Shown: positions 1 through 8,447 of the stretch, piece by piece
Layout of the letters: each line of letters opens with the position of its first letter
Numbering within the stretch: position 1 is the stretch's first letter
Origin: Selaginella moellendorffii
Lineage: Eukaryota; Plantae; Lycopodiophyta
Assembly: GCF_000143415.4 (NCBI RefSeq)
Contig: NW_003314581.1
Coordinates: 1-11,206, forward strand
DNA: 11,206 nucleotides
Reading direction: 5' to 3'
Made by a program: the position numbers and the translations under genes
The notes under the pieces: generated by a model
Told to the model about the DNA's origin: nothing
Seen by the model: only the letters and a program-made list of their open reading frames with translations
Database searches by the model: none

Positions 1-238
1 CCTATTGTATGTCTTAGAAAAGGGATCTAAATATAACTATTGCAATAGTACTTAGACACAAGGAATCAAAGAGTGAGTGATACATCCTTTAATCCAATAC
101 TATACTACAACCTCTAGTTTAATGTAGTAACCAGCTGGAATGCAAGAACTGCATTCTATATTGCTAAAATTATTTTATTAGCCTTATATGCTATTGAGGC
201 AATAGAACCAAGACTTCCACACTATATATTAGATGATT

Positions 239-254
239 TATATATATATATATA
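239..254. repeat. (TA)8 microsatellite
   Basis: TATATATATATATATA read directly from the sequence. Confidence 0.95.
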
Positions 255-289
255 AAATTCATTAGCTAAAAGTGCAAGTATGATAAGTT

Positions 290-540
290 GCATACACAAT
301 TTTGGTATGGTTTACTATCACTGGAAGTGGAAAAGAATTATTATCTTGTTAAAGCCTTGCAAGGAAATTGTTATGACAAGCTAGCCAATTGAGCATCAAA
401 GACTAATAGGCCTCATGTACAAGTGAAGTGGGGGATGATAGCATCATTTAAAAGTATGGATAAAAAAATTGGGATTAGTAGATTTGGAGCTTGTTGTTTC
501 AAATCTACTATAAGAGCATTGTTCCTCAAATTCACATAGT
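290..540 (+). pseudogene. Highly degraded LINE/L1 ORF2 remnant (region C-terminal to RT)
   Basis: Three pieces across two frameshifts: PHVQVKWGMIASFKSM (411-458), LGLVDLE (469-489) and RALFLKF (513-533). Together they follow the plant L1 consensus VxWxxxxxPKxxGGLGLxDLxxxxxALLxKW. Confidence 0.35.
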
Positions 541-799
541 AATAAGTACCCCATTTCCACTTAAATGATTACCTAATATGGATGAATCAGGCATAATAAT
601 AGATCATAAGCACCATCAAATATGTATACTATGCAACAATGATATCTTGGGGTCCCACCATGCAGCATTGTGGGTATGTATGTGTATCCTTACTACATAC
701 TGCTACTACTGTGAAGCACATTAGCTGCAAGTAGAGTGTGGTTGACATAACAAACTACACATTCTTTGGGAGCATAATACACTCTTAAACAAGTTAAGA

Positions 800-1153
800 A
801 TGTTTTTCACATCCTCTATCCAAACTCCCCTTCCATAGTAAAAGTTTATAGATCAATCATTCATGAATGCCATTGACGAACAGCAAATTAACCATGTATT
901 TGAGCATTTTTCTGATAGTCAGGATTACGACCTTGACACTCAAGGTTACAATGTTGATAGTGAAGACTTAGGAAGAAGTGGTGGTTGCCACCATGTAAGA
1001 GTAATTAAAGAGGAGAGTTCGCACTCGACCCCTATCCCTATCTCTATTGTATTTTAGCCTATCACCAATAAACATCCATTTGCTAAAGACTCAAAGAATT
1101 TTAGTGATGTCAAATTTATCCTTACTCACAACCACTCGTATGAGCCTTCTTAG
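800..1153 (+). pseudogene. Possible disrupted small acidic ORF of unknown function
   Basis: The listed ORF 863-1057 extends in frame up to ATG 800 (MFFTSSIQTPLP**KFIDQSF) and past TAG 1055 (PITNKHPFAKDSKNFSDVKFILTHNHSYEPS). No recognised domain. Confidence 0.2.
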
Positions 1154-1380
1154 GGATTGAAGGTTTCAAGTTAGTTACTAACTAATTCGTGTGTTCAGTA
1201 GTTTGTTCTAGGGTGAGGATTATTGTGCCAATGCAAGATCAATGACAACGAAAGCCCTTTGTCTCTCTACAACCATAGTACCAAATTGTTATAGTTAGCT
1301 CTTCACCAAATTCTCTCTTGCATCTACAGCAAAATTGCAACATAACTTCACCATAATTCTTTTAGTTTTCACTAGCAACC

Positions 1381-2011
1381 ATGGTGGGATAGGAGATATC
1401 ACAAGGAGATCTGAAATCCAAACAAGAAACACCAAAAAACATACTAAAGATAAGAGAAAGAGATGAAAATAGTGAAATTGTGAAGATTTCAATAAAATTC
1501 AATAAAACGGAAACTACCCAATTTAATTGAAGATGGTGGAAAACCATTACCCAAGTCTCTACTGAAATCAATACAATTACAACCCACATTCAAGAACACT
1601 CAAGACTGTGGAATTCAGGAAAGTTTTCTTGACATTCAAGAATATTTTCTTGAGAGTCAAAAAAGTCTACGACAACGAATGAAGTAACATAACTATCCCT
1701 TTGGAGATCGAGCATGTACTAGATATGAAGATTTTCTTCTTTATGGTTTTTAGAACTGCACAAAGCTATACACTAAGTGCTACCCGAAGAGGAGATGTGG
1801 TTATTGCATAGCCAAGAAGACTGCTTTGAGAATTAAAAACAAAAAAGAAGTTAGCAAAGTAGTAGAGAAGAAAGAAGATTTAAAAGGATGGAAGCATGCA
1901 CAAGCAAGACTACATCTGGTTTGACCACTTCACAATAATTTAAAGATTGATATAGGTAAATTGAGGTTATATTTTCCATCACACTTTTATCAATTTCTTA
2001 GGAACATATAA
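1381..2011 (+). pseudogene. Disrupted accessory ORF (~205 codons), basic, with a Cys cluster C-x6-C-x5-C-x2-C
   Basis: ATG is in strong context (gcaaccATGG). Removing one copy of the tandem 10-mer TTCAATAAAA (1488-1507) restores a single frame with only 4 internal stops (1390, 1685, 1751, 1922). CTKLYTKCYPKRRCGYC lies at 1757-1807. Confidence 0.5.
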
Positions 2012-2810
2012 ACAAGAAAATTGTATACCAATTACTTTAGTTTTTTATAACCAGTTTTTTAGTAGCAATCAAAAACAAGATTGTCAAACAACAAATCTAT
2101 CAACTCCTCGCTAAACGAAGAAATCCCAACACTCAAAGAAAATACAATGATTCTACTTTGACTATTGCAAGGACTAATGAGTGACACATTACCAACAACA
2201 ATACTACCTGAGTTCACGACTATGCACATTGAAACATAATAATGCACATTAGCGAAACTAGAGATTGTCGACTTTGCCATCAACCTACACTAACAAGAAA
2301 TCTCGAGATTAGAAGATTTACTACAAATGAATAGCCCCAACTTTAACTCACACCACATCATAAAGTTCCACCACACTTAAGAGCTCAGCCACAACAAACA
2401 GGAATACAAATTCTAGGACAATTATCACGTTAATAACCTCGAATCCAAGCTTATACATAAACTCAAAAAATTCAACCTCAAGATTCCATTCAAAGCACTA
2501 AAATTTCAATCATAGTCACTCAGACCAATGCAAAAAATATCAACTTCCAAATTCACAGACTAATTCGGCATGTCAACATCAATGCAACAACACCAATTTG
2601 ACTCATCATCGAAATTTCTATAACCAGACTATGAAACCAAAGTACAATTATCATCAAAATAATCCCAAAAGAAGTTCAAGAAATTATTTAAGCATCACAA
2701 CAAGAAACTCAAGAAATACAAGACTACCAAGGATAATAACGCAATAGAATAAGAAAAAAAAAAGATGCAAAAATTGAAGAAATTGAAACCATAACATTTT
2801 TCGCCTTTGA

Positions 2811-3596
2811 ATGTAGAATATAAAAAGACTCCCGAAAGCACTCAAGAATTTACCTTTCGAGATTCAAGAAAGAATTTTCAACAAAGTTTACAATCAACAA
2901 AGAAAAGAAACACATACATCAATACGCTCTAGAATCATCATCAACTGTAAGAATTTTGTAGGAAACCAAGATAAAACTAAACTTTACACGTGAAGAATCA
3001 TCCTCAAATTTTCTTGGATCTCTAACTTCTACCTAGATCAAAAATACATTTGTTAACAAAAAGAAAAACAACACCACAATTAACACAAAGTACAATGAAT
3101 TTACGAAGAACTTTCAACTTTTCTACTACAACAAATCAAAGAAATCATTGGATGACAATTCTTCAATGGATATGTTACACCCGTCGGCACAACCATTCAC
3201 GATTTACAAAATGAAGAAATACAAAGAGGAACTTAGGCAAAAGAACGCTGGATACACCCCTAAACATTACAACTATTAACTAAAGAGATACGTTGGAATC
3301 CATATATCGACACATAGACTGTGATTGAAGATTGAAGAATACAAGAATCAAGAATTTGGAAACTTGTCTCAACAACAATCTCGAGAACAACAACACTTAG
3401 AATACAACCACTACTTAGCTCAAACTTTTCGAATATCACCATTGATTGGAGAACGTGGACACTCATAATGAAGACATGCAAGACTTTATAAAACATAATT
3501 AAAGGTAGGGCACAATTACTTTACAACAATTTAACATAACAAGGACTTGTAAAAAGAGTAGCTATAGTATGCACTTTTGTTCAATCCCAAAGTTAG
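2811..3596 (+). pseudogene. Disrupted accessory ORF with an N-terminal F-box-like motif
   Basis: Frame from ATG 2811 reads M*NIKRLPKALKNLPFEIQERIFNKV (LxxLPxEIxxxIFxxV at 2841-2888). Protein-like sequence follows (IYEELSTFLLQQIKEIIG*QFFNGYVTPVG...LLTKEIRWNPYIDT) but with about 12 internal stops, so the 3' extent is uncertain. Confidence 0.4.
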
Positions 3597-4218
3597 TGAA
3601 TAGTGACCTTTTTGACGACTGATCAACTTTGCCAAGCTAAGTACGATGTAATAACACAAATACTAATACACAAGATCATGTTAGTACACTACACGATTTT
3701 ATAACTATACAACATTTCCTTGAGAAGAACACAATAAACCATAGACAACAACAACAAATCCAATAAAACTAATTCAAGAAACCAAATTGAAGAAAACAAC
3801 AATTCAAGAAAACTCTAGCACAATATCAAATGTACAAGCACAAACCCAACCCACTTAAGATACAAGAGCGAGATCGATGACAAGAAAATCGAGAAAGTAG
3901 AAGACAACTCTAGCAACCTCAACACTAAACAAACAACAAAAAACTCAATCTCAAGAAGAAATCATTGAGACAATATTCAACACCTATGACAAAAAAAACT
4001 AAACAACACAAGTCGACGAATCAAGCTGCATAATTACAACAGAATTAGAAGACAATTCAACAATAGAAGATTTACAATTAGACAAAGATATACCACAATT
4101 AAAGATTCCAGAATACAAAGGCTACACCACCAACAATTATCAATCATATCCACTATCACCAGAAGAATAAGTTCCAAGCAACACCAAAGACATGACACTC
4201 ATCAATTATCTACATCAC

Positions 4219-4780
4219 ATGGCAACATTATCACCTACTAAATTTTCACTAGAAGTAAAATCAAAGATGCAAAAAGACATCTCTAACAATTCAACCTCAT
4301 CATCAAAGTTAATCAACAATAGGCAAACAAAGCACTTCTCTTTCTTTTCACATTCAAAGGCAAAGCACTCAAATGGTACTATAACTTCGAAGAAAAACTT
4401 GACTACAAAGAAAAGATCAGAAAATTTAAAGATAAATATGAATTTGGCAGCACAACAGCCAAACACCTAGAACACCTCAAAAGCATTAAACAAGGTAGTA
4501 AAAAAGACATTGAAGACTATACCTAAAGATTCAAATATCACACAAAACTCTACTTATTGAACAAGGTAAGCACATTTGGTATGTCTAGGGATTGAAAAAA
4601 ATCTACTAGCAAATGGTCGCTTTAGTAAGCATGAAAGAAGATCCAAATACTACAAACACCATTGACAACATTTCTGAGAAAATCAAAAACCTCAAAAAAT
4701 AGTTCCGAAAATTTTCGAGAGCAGAAACATCAAGGACTGGTACACTTGCATGGAGACAATATAACAAACAAACATATTAA
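4219..4780 (+). pseudogene. gag: Ty3/Gypsy Gag capsid (Retrotrans_gag-type) pseudogene
   Basis: MATLSPTKF/TRSKIKDAKRHL*QFNLIIKVNQQ*ANKALLFLFTFKGKALKWYYNF...RKFKDKY...HLKSIKQGSKKDIEDYT*RF.../HIWYV*GLKKIY, with frameshifts at ~4245 and ~4565. Matches the PxKFxG-D-HL-F, GxAxxW, IxQG-Y-RF (major homology region) and WYxxGL motifs. An N-terminal extension probably runs upstream to ~4030 or ~3830. Ends before any zinc knuckle. Confidence 0.9.
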
Positions 4781-5504
4781 GGTTTGTTTTTGAATTTCAA
4801 ATAATTGGGTGCTTCTTTTTACAGATCACTAGAACTTTGTTCTTTCTACTTGAGGACAACTTGCACCACCACATGATACCTCTTTGTTGGTCTTTTTCAT
4901 ACTTTTATCTAGGTACTTAACTTCACATGTATGTGATGTTTGTTTTGCATGGCGATTATAAGTTATGTTGTATTGAGATGCTCCTAGAAAGTTGCATTTT
5001 TTTGCTTTTTTTCAACATTTCCCACTTTCATGTCATATCTAGACCTCAAGAGTCATTGCTACTAGTATGTTGGGCCAAGGAAGAAGAACAAGGATAGACC
5101 CACCAATGCATATAAAATTTGGTGAAGGGATTGGTGGAGACTCTTCAAGGAATTAGAAGGGAAATCTAGGGAAGCTAATTAGAGTAGACTAAGCACTTTC
5201 ATTGGACCAGTGCTCAAGAACAGTCCCACTCTTAGGGACTACACCAAATATAGTCTAGAATGAGATCTAATCAAGCCAACCTACCACTAAAGAGAGATAC
5301 CAATGAAGTAAAAGCTAAGTTATTGAGATTTTTCATCAAAAGAAGACTAATGAAGAGTAACAAGAGTATCAGCAATAAAGAACCACATGATTGCAAAACC
5401 AATATGCTAGATTCCTGTTGCATATTGTGTAGCATATGTGGTTTTTAACCTTTATCCTATGATGATTTACCATAGAATAACCATGAAGTGGAACCTAAAC
5501 CCTC

Positions 5505-5546
5505 CATATGCCATGTGTCATATGCCATGTGACACATGCCACATAT
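5505..5546. repeat. 14-bp tandem repeat x3 (CATATGCCATGTGT), decayed G-box-like
   Basis: Units are catatgccatgtgt / catatgccatgtga / cacatgccacatat. Confidence 0.85.
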
Positions 5547-5620
5547 CCAAAGGATAGTGGTGTGGAACCTGAATTTTAAGGCCTTGGGCCATTGAATGAA
5601 GGAATGGTGCTAAACTCCTA

Positions 5621-5707
5621 AGCATGGAGCCAAGGAGTAACAAAACCGAACCACAGAGCAACTCCCGAGCATGCAGCCCAAGGAGCAAAAGGACAGGAGC
5701 ATGGAGC
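5621..5707. repeat. Three dispersed copies of AGCATG(G/C)AGC, the first two followed by CAAGGAG(T/C)AA
   Basis: Copies start at 5621, 5668 and 5698. Confidence 0.75.
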
Positions 5708-5976
5708 GACTTAGAACAGTCCTAGAATATCTACCTTCCCAATGCCAGGACCAGCACGCAAAATAGAGCTAAACTGAGTCCAATGCTATTTCAACATACC
5801 AATGGCCTAATGCAAGGATATGGGTACTCCACCAGCTAGCATGATATGGAACTTGGGTTTAGACCCAAGCCAGATGCAGAACAAAAATAAACACGCAAAT
5901 GGGAGTTAGACTATGCCTTAAGTTGACCATGCCCAACCTACCCACTATCCATACTATACATTTAGAACCCCCCATA

Positions 5977-5997
5977 TCCCCCCCCCCCCCCTCTCTT
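5977..5997 (-). promoter_or_regulatory. Polypurine tract (PPT) candidate
   Basis: The - strand reads CTT-AAGAGA-G14-A-TA-TG, the usual PPT/LTR junction arrangement. Confidence 0.55.
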
Positions 5998-6204
5998 AAG
6001 GAACATACTCTTTGGGCTTTCACCCCAAGCCTCCTTTAGTATCAAGAGTTAGTCTCTGGGATAAGCTCGAAATTTATTAAATATAGAATGTCCCTAGATT
6101 GCGAATTTGGACACGGGACGAACACCATTGTGTTCAAAACAATCTCTACATTCCATAGATATGCCAAATGAACAAATCTAGACACTTTTCATAAATAACA
6201 TTTG

Positions 6205-6569
6205 GGACTGAAATGGGACTAACACAAAGGGCATGATAGCAAAGGTATTTGGCAAACATAGTAAACTATCATCCTGCGATATTAAAGGACTAATCTCAAT
6301 ATGTAAGGGTTCTTGTCACTAGCCAATGCAAGACACAACGAGACAGGAACTCCTTACCGGGCTAAGTATACTTAGCTAATAACATGTAGGAATTTATCCT
6401 TATGCTTATTCGGTCTAAGTACACTCGAAATGCCCAATTAACTCCACTATCACAAAAGGGGCTGATAAAGAGTCCAGCAATATCGACCTCCTGCCGTCGT
6501 GGCAGTAAGGAAAGAATATCCAAAAAGAACAGCTGACAGATAACTTTCGATACCTGAAGTCACATTTAC
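6205..6569 (+). repeat. Dispersed repeat copy 1 (inverted, diverged homolog of 7735-8081)
   Basis: Colinear shared blocks: GGACTGAAAT, GCGATATT, TCAATATG, TTGTCACTAGC, TAGGAATTT, CTTATGCT, TAAGTACA, GAAATGCCCAAT, GTAAGGA, TCCAAAA, ATACCTGAAGT. Confidence 0.9.
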
Positions 6570-6889
6570 GACATATTGCCACTTTACACAAAAAAGGAGC
6601 ACTAATCCTTCACTCTACCAGGCTGGTGGTTTCACTCTAGTTCTCAAGAATTTACTAGCAAGCTTGCAGCAGTGACTGAGTAAAGGGTAAGGTATGATTG
6701 ATTGGACATTTTCTTGTTTTCTTTTACATATGCTTTAGAGTTCTGGCCTCTTCATGCATGCACACCTTGTGGCTTACCATGTCGAAACTTGCATCAATGC
6801 ATGTGACTTTGATGATCCTTGGTTGAAGTATGAGAATGAGGAGCACACATTAGAGATCCTAGGTTTAATGTCTGGGATGAATGTAGCCA

Positions 6890-6989
6890 NNNNNNNNNNN
6901 NNNNNNNNNNNNNNNNNNNNNNNNNNNNNNNNNNNNNNNNNNNNNNNNNNNNNNNNNNNNNNNNNNNNNNNNNNNNNNNNNNNNNNNNN
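6890..6989. other. Assembly gap (100 N)
   Basis: Run of exactly 100 N, the usual placeholder for a gap of unknown size. Confidence 0.99.
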
Positions 6990-7012
6990 ATGTGTAGATA
7001 TGCACACTAGTG

Positions 7013-7085
7013 TATATATAAGAGTATATTCTAGGGTTTGTCATAGTTGAAGCATAATGAATTGAGAGCATTTGGAGAGAGTTCA
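7013..7085 (+). promoter_or_regulatory. LTR-like promoter segment (TATA box, telo-box, GA-rich stretch)
   Basis: TATATATAAG at 7013-7022, CTAGGGTTT at 7031-7039, then GAGAGCATTTGGAGAGAG. This arrangement is common in plant LTRs but is not diagnostic. Confidence 0.25.
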
Positions 7086-7335
7086 CAGGCAAAAAAGGGC
7101 AATACCTATAGGCAATCAAATTCCATAGTGATTGTAGTAAATAGGGTGCTTGTTAGAGTATGCTATATCATGTGGTACATATTAAAGTATGAAATGATGC
7201 AAGGGATAAAGATATAAGGATTGACCCTAAATGTGTGAAATCCTAGATATACCTAATCTCTCAAACTTTGAAGAATTCCTCAAGCACACGGCTAATTCAT
7301 CTATATACCTCTATCTAAGCTTTGCTAGGGCTATT

Positions 7336-7359
7336 TAGGCATGTCTAGGCATGTCTAGG
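7336..7359. repeat. 10-bp tandem repeat (TAGGCATGTC)x2.4
   Basis: taggcatgtc taggcatgtc tagg. Confidence 0.9.
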
Positions 7360-7734
7360 TTTTAGGCTGAAAGTTAGTGTAGGGATTGACTTGGGGGCTA
7401 TATTTATATATACTTTTGACTTTGTAAATTATAAACATGTCTAGATAAAATAGCTATTATAGTCAAGTAATTGCTCATTTTTCAATTGGTTTAAGAGGAG
7501 AGAGGTAAGGTGTGCTACACTAGCTGATGTAAGTGTAAGTAATATAAAGGCATAGTTTTGTGGTTGCTTAGTCCTAGCATTTGCATCCTCGAACATATAC
7601 TAGAGCATGGCAGTTGAGCACACAAACTGGAACACACATCAACATGCTATAGGGCCATAACTTAGCTTGATATGGATGACAATGTTACATTTATAGATAT
7701 GTTGCTTATTGGGAGCATGATGCATTAGTTGGTC

Positions 7735-8081
7735 AAGAATATAACTTCAGGTATTGAGAAATACTTGTTTCAGTCCTTTTGGACATTCTCTCCTTACAGA
7801 TATGATAGCAAAAGATTGATATAGTTAGTTCCCTTCATTAGTCTCTTTTGTGTTAGTAGAGTTCATTGGGCATTTCAAATGTACTTACACTTGATGAGCA
7901 TAAGAATAAAATTCCTATATGCTAGCTAAAAATACATAGTTTGATAAAGAGTTTTTGTTTTGTTGTATTTTGCACTAGCTAGTGACAAATTGCATATTGA
8001 GCACTAGTCCCTCAATATCGCTAACTGTATTTTACAAACACTTTTGTTATCATATCTCATATATTAATCTTATTTCAGTCC
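7735..8081 (-). repeat. Dispersed repeat copy 2 (inverted homolog of 6205-6569)
   Basis: Its reverse complement aligns by eye with 6205-6569; differences are mostly transitions plus small indels. Confidence 0.9.
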
Positions 8082-8240
8082 TATTAGCTATTTTTTTTAT
8101 CAAGGTGTAGAGTAGCCACTATTTCTATCAATGGCAATAGTAGTAGCATTAGTTGTAGCAACCAAAACCACAACCACAATAACACCATCAATTGAAAGAG
8201 AAATGTAAAGATGCTAGTAGCTACCACAAAGGACTGGCAA

Positions 8241-8261
8241 GAAGAAGAAGAAGAAGAAGAA
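8241..8261. repeat. (GAA)7 microsatellite inside a low-complexity triplet region (8130-8360)
   Basis: Read directly from the sequence; flanked by decayed TAG/CAA triplet runs. Confidence 0.95.
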
Positions 8262-8447
8262 AAAGAGATTAGTGTGGGAAGTGTTGAGTTTGGGAAAGAG
8301 TGGCTATCCAATAGCAGAGAGAGTAGATTGCAGCAACAACCCCATATGCAATAGCAACATATCATTGTTGGTGATTTGAAGCACCAACATTACTTGACTA
8401 TCCAATCATTGTAGTTTTTGAATACCTCATATAATTTATTCTTTTAG

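Larger units (their letters stand above)
1290..4780 (+). mobile_element. 5' internal part of a decayed Ty3/Gypsy (probably Athila/Tat/Ogre-type) LTR retrotransposon, truncated within gag
   Basis: Continuous A/C-rich, G-poor + strand composition runs into a recognisable gag and switches abruptly to T-rich sequence at ~4781. The left boundary is approximate and no LTR or PBS is confidently placed. Confidence 0.7.
5068..5974 (-). mobile_element. Probable 3' LTR (~0.9 kb) of a minus-strand LTR retrotransposon
   Basis: On the - strand it starts TGGGGGG 2 nt after a polypurine tract and could end CCCAACA at 5068 (imperfect TG...CA inverted ends). Contains short tandem motifs typical of U3. No partner LTR is in the window and the left end is tentative. 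Confidence 0.45.

Noticed and set aside
3602-3625. GTGACC-TTTT-TGACGACT as an LTR end plus Ogre-like tRNA-Arg PBS (would make 1287-3608 an LTR)
   Set aside because: No terminal CA and the match to TGGCGACT stops after 8 nt. Cannot be excluded without other copies.
1295-4466. Hydrophobic minus-strand ORFs (1295-1492, 1362-1589, 2059-2283, 3260-3496, 4215-4466) as membrane or env-like proteins
   Set aside because: Antisense shadows of an A-rich strand: T-rich codons give F/L/V/I and few stops.
4192-4470. Listed 92-aa ORF as a real CDS
   Set aside because: Only its start (to PTKF) is gag; the rest is out of frame after the ~4245 frameshift.
1290-4780. Endogenous caulimovirid suggested by A-richness and multiple ORFs
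   Set aside because: No movement-protein, coat-protein zinc finger or RT motifs seen; the identifiable protein is a Ty3/Gypsy gag.
5337-5372. CAAAAGAAGACTAATGAAG resembling the reverse complement of ~7833-7850
   Set aside because: Short match that does not extend colinearly; probably chance.
5260-5448. 62-aa ORF with a Cys-rich end
   Set aside because: Short, inside the putative LTR, and no recognisable domain.
5505-5707. CRISPR-like repeat array
   Set aside because: Repeats are too short, degenerate and irregularly spaced; the context is eukaryotic with no cas genes.
6774-7119. ORFs spanning the N run
   Set aside because: Artefacts of translating through the gap.
8084-8365. 93-aa minus-strand ORF
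   Set aside because: Produced by low-complexity triplet repeats.
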